Shown: positions 8,890 through 18,526 of the stretch, one piece after another
Position numbering within the stretch: position 1 is the stretch's first letter
Layout: the number at the start of each line of letters is the position of its first letter
NCBI GenBank assembly: GCA_030141605.1
Contig: JAQGDQ010001030.1
Span: forward strand, 4,995-68,994
Source: Tubiluchus corallicola
Lineage: Eukaryota; Animalia; Priapulida
Length of the DNA stretch: 64,000 nt
Direction of reading: 5' to 3'
Notes under the pieces: generated by a model
What the model was told of the DNA's origin: nothing
Database searches by the model: none
What the model saw: the letters and a program-made list of their open reading frames with translations, nothing else
Made by a program: the position numbers and the translations under genes

Positions 8890-9909
8890 ATGAAGCATTC
8901 ATTAGTAATATTGCATGAAAGCAGGGAGATCTTTTCCAGTGATGGACATTGGCTCTACCCCCTTTTTGAGCTGGAAGATTTTCTGAACAGAAATAACTAT
9001 AATCCTAAAACTCTATTTTTGCGGGATAAGATTGCAGGAAGAGCTGCTGCCTGCCTTATAGTACGGTTAGGAATTAAGAACTGCCATATTAACCTATTGA
9101 GCGATCGTGCAATACCTATCTTTAAGAAGCATAATGTAGCTTTTACCTTCGATAGCAAAGTAGATCATGTGCAGTGCCGCACAGAAGATTTGATTTCAGA
9201 GCAGATGGATATAGAGGAGGCCTATCTATTTTTGAGGAAAAGGGCAGGTAGGGTACAGGGAGTACCCCTAAAAATAGATAACCTAAGTGTTGACCTAGGG
9301 AAGAAGAGTATTCTGAACAGGCTGAACGTAAAAGTTGGAGTAGGGGAGCAGCTAATTATACATGGCGCAAACGGCACCGGGAAAACGACACTGTTAAGAA
9401 GTATATTAGGATTCACACCACTTACAGGGGGAAGTATAACGATTGGTGGACATACGGTGGGAAGCAGTAGCTGGAAACAGAATCGTAGCATTGCCGGCTA
9501 TGTGCATCAGGAAAATGTAAAAAGCCAATTTCCTGTCTCTGCGGGCGAAGTAGTATCAATAGGCCTTAGCGGGAGCAGGCTGAGCAAATGGGAAACAGAT
9601 TATCGTGTTGAAGTGGCTATGAGAAGGACAGGGTGCTTTCACCTACTAAGCCATTCCTTTCATAGCCTTTCAGGCGGAGAGAAGCAGCGTGTGTCTCTTG
9701 CCCGTTGCCTATTGCAAAATGCACGTATTTTTCTTTTTGATGAGCCCACATCATTTCTGGATTTGGATGGAAAAATGGCTCTCTTGGAGCTGCTTACCGA
9801 GCTTACCCAAAAGGAGGCGCCGACAATGCTGCTGGTGTCTCATGAGACCTCATGGCTTGAGGGCCTTGGCTGGAAAAGCAAAGAGCTTAAGGAAGGTAGG
9901 CTATGTTAG
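8890..9909 (+). CDS. DUF1893-like domain fused to a ZnuC/MntA-type metal ABC ATPase
   Basis: N-term DKIAGRAAA...LSDRA...QCRTE. C-term Walker A GANGTGKT, LSGGEKQR, Walker B FLFDEP, SH switch. Confidence 0.8.
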   Translation: MKHSLVILHESREIFSSDGHWLYPLFELEDFLNRNNYNPKTLFLRDKIAGRAAACLIVRLGIKNCHINLLSDRAIPIFKKHNVAFTFDSKVDHVQCRTEDLISEQMDIEEAYLFLRKRAGRVQGVPLKIDNLSVDLGKKSILNRLNVKVGVGEQLIIHGANGTGKTTLLRSILGFTPLTGGSITIGGHTVGSSSWKQNRSIAGYVHQENVKSQFPVSAGEVVSIGLSGSRLSKWETDYRVEVAMRRTGCFHLLSHSFHSLSGGEKQRVSLARCLLQNARIFLFDEPTSFLDLDGKMALLELLTELTQKEAPTMLLVSHETSWLEGLGWKSKELKEGRLC

Positions 9910-10700
9910 AATTGCTATCATACCCGCCTATTATAAAAGGGTTGCTGGTGCTGGCTATTGCTGGATTTGCATTCCCTATTACCGGTGTATATCTTCTACG
10001 GATGAACCTGTTGCCGCTTCGCTTTATGCTTATGCATGGGGCTATTCTGGGTGGTGCCTTTGCACTGGCTATGCACTTTAGCCCATTTTGGACAACAATG
10101 ATCGTAAACCTTTTGCTGGTCCTCTTTATGGCTCAGGCTTCACGCTCCATGAAAGTGGATACAGGGCAAATGAGCATTTTTATCATGGTTATATCCATAT
10201 CTATGGCGTTTATATTCATATACAGGTTTAATGTACCTGCACAGGATACGCTTACCCTGCTTTGGGGAAGCCCTTTTACACTTTCATGGATAGAGGTTTG
10301 CGGAATCATCCTGTTTTCACTTTTTCTTATCGGGTTCCAGTGGTTCTTCAGACAACAGTTGCAGGCTATATTTTTCGACAAAGAGATAGCTTTATCTTCA
10401 GGGGTGAATGAAGGAAGACTTTACTATAGTATTACTCTGTTAACTGCTGTTACTGTAGCCGCAGCAATGAAGATGATAGGTGCGCTTCTCCTTGATGCAT
10501 TACTGCTACTACCTGCTATAATAGCATCATTTCACTCCAAAAGCCTTAAAGGTGTGATCCTAGGAGCATGCTTGTGGGGTGGAGTCTTTTCAATAGCCGG
10601 TTTCTTTATATCCCTAGCTGTCGATATACCGGTAAGCTCTGCTATAGCCTCACTGGCATCACTTGTATTCCTTGCTATATATATAAGACAAAAAACATAG
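9903..10700 (+). CDS. Metal ABC transporter permease (ABC-3, ZnuB/MntB-like)
   Basis: Multi-TM. LMHGAILGGA, LLWGSP, FFDKEIA..SGV, MKMIGALL. Confidence 0.85.
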   Translation: MLELLSYPPIIKGLLVLAIAGFAFPITGVYLLRMNLLPLRFMLMHGAILGGAFALAMHFSPFWTTMIVNLLLVLFMAQASRSMKVDTGQMSIFIMVISISMAFIFIYRFNVPAQDTLTLLWGSPFTLSWIEVCGIILFSLFLIGFQWFFRQQLQAIFFDKEIALSSGVNEGRLYYSITLLTAVTVAAAMKMIGALLLDALLLLPAIIASFHSKSLKGVILGACLWGGVFSIAGFFISLAVDIPVSSAIASLASLVFLAIYIRQKT

Positions 10701-10733
10701 TGGAAATAACCTTAAGTCTTGAAGTTGACGCCT

Positions 10734-11798
10734 CTATCTCCCCTTTGTCAGATACACTGTTCCCTTGTTTTTCCCAATTGAATATATTACATGTTCTGAC
10801 TTCATATGCTGTAAGTCTTTTTTTAGGGTGTTAATTGAAACATCAGGCATCATATGTATTAAATCTGCAAGCTTTGTTGGTTGCTCTTGTTCAATAATTG
10901 CACGTACTTTTTTTTGTCGATCATTTAAATACCCTGTTTTCGGCCTACTGCTTATATTACACTTTCGTTCAAGATTTAAGGTTAATGTTTTTAAAGATTC
11001 CAAAAAGAAGAAAATCCACTTATCTATTCGTTCAGAATATGAGTACCTGTCTTTTTGTCCAGCCATTAAAGATTCATAATATTTCGTTTTATTCTCTTCA
11101 ATTAAGCTCTCAAAGGATACATACTGGATGAAGCTATAATCATATTTTAATAATAAAAGAAGTGTCAGTAACCTTGAAAGCCTCCCATTTCCATCCTGAA
11201 ATGGATGAATTGAGAGAAACTCATAAGTAAATACACTGGTAACCAATAATGGATGCATTTCTCCTGACTCTAGCTGATAGTTGATCCAGTCAATCAAATC
11301 TGACGTTTCATTTCCAATAAAGTGTGGTGCCGTGCTATTTAATGCTACCTTTTGACCTCCGCCAGGATAGTTTGCTATAACCCTGCTTGAAAAGCCCTTA
11401 TCATCCTTACGATACCCATTATTTTTTGTATTATATTTAAAAATTTGTTCGTGAATCTGTTGAATTGAACTTTTGGATAATTCGATATCTAGATAATTTT
11501 CACAGATTCTTTTAAATGCATCATAGTAGCCTAATGCTTCTTGTTGATCTTTTATTTTCAGACTATTAGCATCCACGTTATGGATCAACTCTTTAATTTC
11601 ATCTATTGGAAGTCTGGTGTCAATAGATGAACTAACAGACTTAAATGTTATAGCTTTTTGTAGCTCCTTAAGGTAGACACTCTCTTTTTGTTCGATGACA
11701 TTCCACTTTCCTTTAAAAGAGTCAATAAAACTAATAGCCTTAATCATTCGCTGGTTAGTCTTAAAGTCAAAGCTTAGTTTATTTTTAAATTTATCCAT
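10734..11798 (-). CDS. Fic-family protein with C-terminal winged HTH
   Basis: HPFQDGNGRLSR catalytic motif. C-term LNDRQ...TLKKDLQHM...IGKNKGTVY. Confidence 0.9.
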   Translation of the reverse strand: MDKFKNKLSFDFKTNQRMIKAISFIDSFKGKWNVIEQKESVYLKELQKAITFKSVSSSIDTRLPIDEIKELIHNVDANSLKIKDQQEALGYYDAFKRICENYLDIELSKSSIQQIHEQIFKYNTKNNGYRKDDKGFSSRVIANYPGGGQKVALNSTAPHFIGNETSDLIDWINYQLESGEMHPLLVTSVFTYEFLSIHPFQDGNGRLSRLLTLLLLLKYDYSFIQYVSFESLIEENKTKYYESLMAGQKDRYSYSERIDKWIFFFLESLKTLTLNLERKCNISSRPKTGYLNDRQKKVRAIIEQEQPTKLADLIHMMPDVSINTLKKDLQHMKSEHVIYSIGKNKGTVYLTKGR

Positions 11799-12009
11799 TC
11801 TGTATCTATTTTCTATCTATTCAAAGATACGATTTTTTTTGTTAAATATCCATATTATATCTATACTTACTTGTTCAATAGTGTTGTTTTATCATCTTCT
11901 TAGTATGTCCAAGTGTATAATTATCATATATTTACATGCTTATTTTGACATTAAATTTATCTTATGTTTAGTTACTATAGGCATTAAATAAAATTTATAT
12001 AGGACAGGT

Positions 12010-12510
12010 ATGAAGGTGAAGATTCAACATAAATTCAGAAATTTTAAGAATAAAAAAGATATCCAATTTTTGATTCTCGGAACATTTAATCCTGAGACAC
12101 CAGGCAATAATGCTAAATTCTTCTATGGTAGGGAGAAGAATTATTTATGGAACCTCTTGCCGAAATCATTTGATTATGATGAGCTAAAGAGGTGCAGTTT
12201 AAAAGATAAACTGTTGTTTACAAACAAATTTAAGATTGGATTTGCAGACATTATCAGAGAGGTAGCAGTTGATAGCGGCAATGAGACAAACTATGCAGAT
12301 AGTTATATTGACAGCAGAGTGACAAGGTGGCTCGATTTTGAATTGTTTGTAAATAGACACCAAAAAATTAAAAAAGTATTTTTGACAAGAAAAACATTTA
12401 CTGATATCCCAAATATGAGAGATCAGATTGAAAAGATTAAGAATATCTGTGAAGCAAGGAAAATTGGTTTTTACACTTTACCAACTCCTTCCCGGTTCGA
12501 GTCAAGCTAA
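12010..12510 (+). CDS. Uracil-DNA-glycosylase superfamily protein (MUG/HDG-like), C-terminus apparently frameshifted
   Basis: LILGTFNP...FFYG..KNYLW and LPTPS motifs. Continuation QAKLSEWKKVIRW* lies in another frame to 12544. Confidence 0.6.
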   Translation: MKVKIQHKFRNFKNKKDIQFLILGTFNPETPGNNAKFFYGREKNYLWNLLPKSFDYDELKRCSLKDKLLFTNKFKIGFADIIREVAVDSGNETNYADSYIDSRVTRWLDFELFVNRHQKIKKVFLTRKTFTDIPNMRDQIEKIKNICEARKIGFYTLPTPSRFESS

Positions 12511-12654
12511 ACTAAGTGAGTGGAAGAAGGTGATCAGATGGTAGCCGATTTGTGGTTTTGGGCAGGAGTGTAGTTTTTCAGTATAATTAAAGACTAGTAG
12601 CGTAGTAGGTCTTAGTAGAATATATATCATTTGTTCTAATAAACTTAATTTAAA

Positions 12655-13305
12655 ATGTCAAAAATTTTTATCCCATATATTGAGATAGCCAACACCGACC
12701 ATGCAGCCTCTGTCAGGAAAAGTGTTTTCAGAAATGGATATAAAGTTGAGATAGATCGGGTAAACTGGCAAAAATTTTCTCACAAACCAAAAACAAGCCT
12801 GTTTTTGGGATATACAAAGGAATATCTATGGTTACACTACATAGTGAAAAACGATTTTGTGCGGGCTTTATACCGAAAAGATCAGGATGCAGTGTGGCAG
12901 GATAGCTGTGTTGAGTTTTTCGCTATGGGCAAAGACAAGAGGTATCGGAATTTTGAATTTAACTGTTTGGGGGTGTGTTTGTCAGAAACAGGTGCAAACA
13001 GAAAGTCAAGAGCTCCTCTCGCTAAAAGTGAGATGTTACAGATTATCCGTTACCCTGAACTTACATCCGGTACTTTGCCAGAAGAAGAGTCAAGGTCGGA
13101 CTGGCAGTTGACAGTGGGTATTCCTTTAGAACTATTGAAGGTAGAGGAAGGCATGAGTTTTAAGGGTAACTTTTATAAGTGCGGTGATAAGACAAAAATA
13201 CCACATTACCTTAGCTGGTCACCTGTAAATACTGTGGAGCCGGACTTTCACAGACCTGAGTATTTTGGTAGAATTACTTTAGAAAAGAGAAACCAGCAGC
13301 AATAA
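12655..13305 (+). CDS. Carbohydrate-binding family 9-like (DOMON-like) protein
   Basis: VWQDSCVEFF, NFEFNCLG, GNFYKCGD, HYLSWSP, PDFHRPEYFG. Confidence 0.85.
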   Translation: MSKIFIPYIEIANTDHAASVRKSVFRNGYKVEIDRVNWQKFSHKPKTSLFLGYTKEYLWLHYIVKNDFVRALYRKDQDAVWQDSCVEFFAMGKDKRYRNFEFNCLGVCLSETGANRKSRAPLAKSEMLQIIRYPELTSGTLPEEESRSDWQLTVGIPLELLKVEEGMSFKGNFYKCGDKTKIPHYLSWSPVNTVEPDFHRPEYFGRITLEKRNQQQ

Positions 13306-13530
13306 TAAGCTTATAATTAGTAAATATAAAACAGTATAAGGTGAAGAAATATTGCAACAAGACCCTTTGTGAAGCGGAATATTTGGGTTTAGATTGAGAA
13401 AGGATTCCATGAAAAACCGCATAATGTAGGTAAAGGTTTCATGAAAATACTAATAAAAATACGAGTTTCATAAACACCTCATAGTGTGGTAGTTTGCTTG
13501 TTGCATATAAACTATAAATAAAAAAGAGGC

Positions 13531-15720
13531 ATGACAGAAACCAGAAATAAATATCCTGAAGAGGAATACAGGAGCATGGTAAGAGAAATATCCTCCAGCT
13601 TAAATAATGAAGATATTGCAAGAATTGATAAGGCCTTTAAGTTTGCCAACTCAAAAATAGGAGATAAGAGGTGGGACAATGGCGAGCCGATTATCCTGCA
13701 CTCAATAGCTGTTGCAAAGATTGCTGTTTTAGAGATGGGACTAACATCTTACCCTGCCTCCTCTGCTTTGTTACATAACCTGTACCATACGGAGGATGAC
13801 TTCACAAAAGATGTGATAAAAGAGCAGTTTGGAACCACAGTGGCCGATATGCTTGAAGGTTTAATTAAAATCAACTCTATAGATACCGAAAACATTGCTA
13901 TGCAGGATGAAAGTTTTCGAAGGTTGATGCTTACCCTCTCTGGAGATATACGCGTTATTCTGATAAAGATAGCGGACCAACTGCACGATATGCGTACGCT
14001 GGAGCCACTACCCGCTAACATGCAGTATAAATACTCTACCGAAACACTCCACCTGTACGCTCCACTGGCCCATCGCTTGGGACTATATAATATAAATTCT
14101 GAGCTTCAGGATTTATCGCTAAAATATCTTCATCCAGACGATTATAACTACATAGCCAATAAACTGAATGATACGGCCGCTGAACGCAATAACTTTGTCT
14201 CTGCATTTGTGAAGCCAGTCGAAAAAAGACTTAAGAAGAACGGGGTTGACTTTCAAATAAAAGCCAGGACAAAACCTGTTTTTTCCATATGGAGCAAGAT
14301 GCAGAAAAAAAATATTGACTTTCATGACATTTTTGATCTTTTTGCCATTCGCATTATACTTAATTCAAATCCTAAAAACGAAAAAGCAGACTGCTGGCAG
14401 GTTTATGCTATACTTACAGAAGAGTACCTCTCTAACACTGAACGGCTAAGAGATTGGATTACTATGCCTAGACCAAATGGATATGAGTCGTTACACACAA
14501 CTGTTCTAGGGCCGGGTAAGAGATGGATAGAGGTTCAAATAAGAACCAGGCGGATGGATGAAATTGCAGAGAGTGGAATGGCTGCCCACTGGCGGTATAA
14601 AGGAGGAAAGGATGGAGAGGAGTTGTCACACTGGCTTAAGAACATACGTGATATACTTGAAAATCCGGAACTTAACCCGGTAGACTTCATAGATGAGTTT
14701 AAAGTAAACATATATAATGATGAGATATATGTATTTACTCCTAAAGGGGATTTGAAAAAGTTGCCACACGGGTCAACACTGCTAGATTTTGCTTATGAAG
14801 TACACTCTCAGGTGGGAGACACATGCGTTGGAGGAAAAGTAAATGGAAAACAGGTTTCTCTCAGGCATTTGCTAAAAAATGGCGACCACATTGAAGTAAG
14901 TACCTCAATTAATCAAAAACCCAAGCAGGACTGGCTTAACATTGTAGTTACATCAAAAGCGAAGAACAAGATAAAGGCGAGTATAGATGAGGAACGCAGG
15001 AAAGAGGCCATGAATGGCAAAGAGATCTTTACAAGGAAGCTAAAGAATTGGAAGATAGAGCTTAACGACCATCTTGTTCAGCGATTGTTAAAATATTACA
15101 AGTTAAAGCTCGCATCTTCTTTGTATTACAATATCTCGTTGGGTAAAATAGATATGCTTGAGATAAAAGGGCTGTTATCAGAAGAAAAAACAGAGCTGCA
15201 GCGGGAAGTTTTGGATGAGGTTATCCCTCCTAAAACAGCAGAAGAACTTGTGTTTGATTCAGGAGATAATCACTTAGTTATTGATGAAAATATTAGAAAC
15301 ATAAACTACAAGCTGGCAAAGTGCTGCAATCCTATTTTTGGAGATAATATATTTGGATTTGTTACCATTAATGACGGGATAAAAATACATCGAAACAACT
15401 GTCCAAACGCTAAAGACATGATGGCTCGCTATCCTTACCGTGTTCTTAAAGCCAAATGGCAACGTACTGGCAAGCAAGGCTCTTTCCATACAGCCATACA
15501 CATCTCAGGAACGGATAAGCTTGGAATAGTTAGTGATATTTCACACATTGTGTCAAAAGATGCCGGAGTGCAAATGCGCTCAATATCAGCTAGTTCAGAG
15601 AAAGGGGGTTTTGAAGGAACTCTCCACATATATGTAAATGATGTTGACCATCTCGACTTTTTGCTACAAAAACTTAGAAATATAAAAGGTGTACTTTCTG
15701 TTGACAGAATAGATTCATAA
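13531..15720 (+). CDS. relA: Long RelA/SpoT homologue, (p)ppGpp synthetase with degenerate hydrolase domain
   Basis: DLFAIRII, NGYESLHTTV, EVQIRT, AAHWRYK, TGS (VFTPKG), AKCCNP, ACT domain. HD motif reads LLHN. Confidence 0.9.
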   Translation: MTETRNKYPEEEYRSMVREISSSLNNEDIARIDKAFKFANSKIGDKRWDNGEPIILHSIAVAKIAVLEMGLTSYPASSALLHNLYHTEDDFTKDVIKEQFGTTVADMLEGLIKINSIDTENIAMQDESFRRLMLTLSGDIRVILIKIADQLHDMRTLEPLPANMQYKYSTETLHLYAPLAHRLGLYNINSELQDLSLKYLHPDDYNYIANKLNDTAAERNNFVSAFVKPVEKRLKKNGVDFQIKARTKPVFSIWSKMQKKNIDFHDIFDLFAIRIILNSNPKNEKADCWQVYAILTEEYLSNTERLRDWITMPRPNGYESLHTTVLGPGKRWIEVQIRTRRMDEIAESGMAAHWRYKGGKDGEELSHWLKNIRDILENPELNPVDFIDEFKVNIYNDEIYVFTPKGDLKKLPHGSTLLDFAYEVHSQVGDTCVGGKVNGKQVSLRHLLKNGDHIEVSTSINQKPKQDWLNIVVTSKAKNKIKASIDEERRKEAMNGKEIFTRKLKNWKIELNDHLVQRLLKYYKLKLASSLYYNISLGKIDMLEIKGLLSEEKTELQREVLDEVIPPKTAEELVFDSGDNHLVIDENIRNINYKLAKCCNPIFGDNIFGFVTINDGIKIHRNNCPNAKDMMARYPYRVLKAKWQRTGKQGSFHTAIHISGTDKLGIVSDISHIVSKDAGVQMRSISASSEKGGFEGTLHIYVNDVDHLDFLLQKLRNIKGVLSVDRIDS

Positions 15721-16426
15721 AGCATACCTGTATTATTAACGGGGGCAGGCTGCATGTCTGTATCTAACGGGAGAAATGATAAAGTCAGTTATGTATGTTA
15801 AAGTATTACATCAATGTAATCTATCTATATCCTTGATTTAAAATGATTAATAAAAGCATTAGATTTTAATCTAATAACTTTGCAAAAGCTAAACTACTTA
15901 GAAGTAGAAAACTTTATTAATCTTGGACATTCGAGTTGTAAATAGCCCCCACACCATATCAAGCTGCTTCGATCATAAAGAAGCATGAAGAGTGGAGCAT
16001 ATCGATGAAATATCTCGGGAGCACTGAGCTAGTAAAACAATCTTTTATAGTTGACGCTAATACTATGGTGAGGTGAAACAGCTAAAGGAGCTATGGGAAA
16101 GGAACTGTTGATTGAAGCACATGTTATGTGTAGCTTGTACTGGATCATGAGCCACAACCAATGATGGTATTATTGCAAAAATCTTTAAATCCCTGTCAAA
16201 AGCAATAGATAATAGAAAAGTTTAAGAGATCACATATTTCATTATCTCCAGGATAAAGACCACATAAAAATGCTTTTGGCAAAAATAAACAGATGAAATT
16301 TACGAGAACCTCTAAATGATTTATTTTTAATTATAATAAATACCATTGATTTATTTGTTATCTCTATTTTATTTTGCAACTTTAAGTTGATCTTTTTTAA
16401 AGTAATATTTAAGTAATACCTAAAAT

Positions 16427-16768
16427 ATGAAAAGAATTGCAATTGCAACTTTAGCTGGATTGGTGTTTGGTTTTGTATGTGGTATGTTTGCCTGTAGCTC
16501 AGGGGAGTTTCCAAGTGCAGTGCTATTTCAGATAATAGTAAGTCGCACCTTAATGGGCTTTACTATAGGTATAAGCTTACTAAAAATGCACTGGGCTTTG
16601 CATGGAGTCTTAATTGGCTTCCTGTATAGTATACCACTTGCTATTTCTGGTTTAATGGCACCTGAAAATCAAGTTATGATTTTCACTTTGACCATTCTAA
16701 TGGGGATGATATATGGGCTTTTGACTGAGCTAATTACTTCAATGCTATTTAAAGCAAAAAGGAGCTGA
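16427..16768 (+). CDS. Small 4-TM hypothetical membrane protein
   Basis: 113 aa, four hydrophobic helices, followed by a terminator. Confidence 0.7.
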   Translation: MKRIAIATLAGLVFGFVCGMFACSSGEFPSAVLFQIIVSRTLMGFTIGISLLKMHWALHGVLIGFLYSIPLAISGLMAPENQVMIFTLTILMGMIYGLLTELITSMLFKAKRS

Positions 16769-16794
16769 TTATAAGGTAAAAAAGCCTGTTAAAG

Positions 16795-16835
16795 AAAAAG
16801 CATCCGGTGCTCAGATAGCATCGGATGCTTTTTTT
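16795..16835 (+). terminator. Intrinsic terminator, likely bidirectional
   Basis: AAAAAGCATCCGGTGCT-CAGAT-AGCATCGGATGCTTTTTTT. Confidence 0.85.
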
Positions 16836-16955
16836 ATTATCTAGCTGAATTCTGTAAAATGCTATATGCTGATTGGTTAGTGCTAGCCGCGAAGAAAGAG
16901 GTGCAACAGATGTAGCCAGCTTCAGGGATATTGTTTTTATTTGAGGGCGTATTGA

Positions 16956-16963
16956 TATATTTG
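16956..16963 (+). promoter_or_regulatory. Bacteroidota -7 promoter box
   Basis: TATATTTG followed by CA, upstream of a structured non-coding stretch. Confidence 0.65.
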
Positions 16964-17237
16964 CACCGTAATTACAATATAGCTAGTCTTTTGCAAACTT
17001 TAGTTTTATTTTAAACTGAGAGAAAGTTTGATGACAAGTCTGGCATAAATGGGGGCTTTGAAAGTAGCTTTAATCAAAATATTTAATATGAATGTGTAAA
17101 GGCCTCATAATGCTAAGTGAGGCTTAAAATAGTACGGTAAAATATAAGAGTGTGAAGTAGTGGCAACAAGCTGGGGTGTTAATGAGTGAAAGTGTTGGAT
17201 TACAAGAACCACCTAGGATTGGAATAAAAAAATAAAT

Positions 17238-17456
17238 ATGAAAGAGAAGAATACCAAGAGTGGCAATAGAGATAATAATACCTGTGCACTTTTTGCCAAA
17301 GGGGAAAAACTATACGAAGAGCAAAAGTGGGGAGAGGCACTAAATTGCTTTATTAGTATACTGGAAGCAGAGCCGGATAATAATGAAGCTAAAGCATATA
17401 CTGATGTTATTAACAGTATTCTAAACTTCTATAACAAGGACCTTTACAATCCGTGA
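17238..17456 (+). CDS. Small tetratricopeptide-repeat protein
   Basis: Single TPR (GEKLYEEQKWGEALNCF...EPDNNEA). C-term YNKDLYNP typical of this Bacteroidota family. Confidence 0.8.
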   Translation: MKEKNTKSGNRDNNTCALFAKGEKLYEEQKWGEALNCFISILEAEPDNNEAKAYTDVINSILNFYNKDLYNP

Positions 17457-17485
17457 CTTTGTATAGTAAAAAAGGCTTGACTGGA

Positions 17486-18223
17486 TTATTTAAATAGGGT
17501 AAAATATGCGGTAAGTCTTGTACCCCATACAGTTCCCCTGACATATGTTGTCTTTCCTTGTTCTTCAATTCCATGTATATTTATACTGACTTCAGTAGCC
17601 TGAGTGGTACGTGGTAATGTATTATATTCTATATCAAGTGCAAAACGACACCAACTCAAATTTTTAAAAAGCTGAGAAAAAGAAAGATAAAATGTATTTA
17701 CTGAGGGAAGTGTCAATATGGATCTGTTTGTGGGAGATAAATTCAGGTATTTTTTATTTTCATTTTTATGATGTTGGAATCCTAGTGTAATTTTTGATTC
17801 ACTATTTGACGACTTTAGCTTGAACCTGCCTGTTTTTCTACTAATCTTGCCTGCTCTACTAATAAAAACTCCTCCGCCATACGAGTACTCAGGATCACCA
17901 TTAAATTTAAAATTATATGAACTGCGGAGCTCCACCCCCAAAAAGCTGGGGACCCTTTCATATAATTCGTAGAATTTATAACCCATTGCAGCAGAGCCGT
18001 ACTGCATATGAAAAAAAGCTGGCTTGTATGCATTGGTCAATGAGATTTGATGAAAGCCATACCCCGCTCCTAAATCGAAGAATACTTTTTTTCCTTTAGT
18101 ATGAAAGACCTGTGCAGATGTTTTTTCGCTACAGAATACCAGAAGGCACGGAGCTATAAACAACCCCGTAACAATCCTCTTAATCAGCAATTTAAAACTT
18201 ATAGATGATCTATGATTACTCAT
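17486..18223 (-). CDS. Hypothetical exported/outer-membrane beta-barrel-like protein
   Basis: 245-aa ORF, signal-like N-term ending SAQ, aromatic beta-strand pattern. Confidence 0.55.
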   Translation of the reverse strand: MSNHRSSISFKLLIKRIVTGLFIAPCLLVFCSEKTSAQVFHTKGKKVFFDLGAGYGFHQISLTNAYKPAFFHMQYGSAAMGYKFYELYERVPSFLGVELRSSYNFKFNGDPEYSYGGGVFISRAGKISRKTGRFKLKSSNSESKITLGFQHHKNENKKYLNLSPTNRSILTLPSVNTFYLSFSQLFKNLSWCRFALDIEYNTLPRTTQATEVSINIHGIEEQGKTTYVRGTVWGTRLTAYFTLFK

Positions 18224-18526
18224 TTCTCAGAAGTATTTTAAATAATATCAAACGAATCATACATGAAAATTACAAAGCAAATTTAATAAATTAGCTTTTA
18301 AAATAACTTATTTATAGTTTTTTTTATATATAGGATCATATCTGTGAGTTATAATTCTTTTTTATAGGTACATACACCTTCTGCCAACCTTTTGCCAAAA
18401 AACTTACAAGGCAATTATTTTTGCGTTTTCGAAATAAAGTGTTTATTTTTAGATATAAAGTGTTTACCTTTGATACTATCTTTATGAAGATTTTATTTTA
18501 AATTACAAACTTTAAAAACACTAAAG

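Noticed and set aside
8657-8893. 78-aa + ORF, or a broken minus-strand frame, as the missing ABC binding protein
   Set aside because: No signal peptide or recognisable motifs; the minus frame has a stop and I cannot assign it.
12491-12510. GGTTCGAGTC, a tRNA T-loop-like sequence
   Set aside because: The flanks do not form a T-stem and it lies inside a CDS.
15992-16004. GTGGAGCATATCG resembles the reverse complement of a tRNA-Ala 3' end (possible att scar)
   Set aside because: Only 13 bp, with no T-arm, partner repeat or integrase in the window; could be chance.
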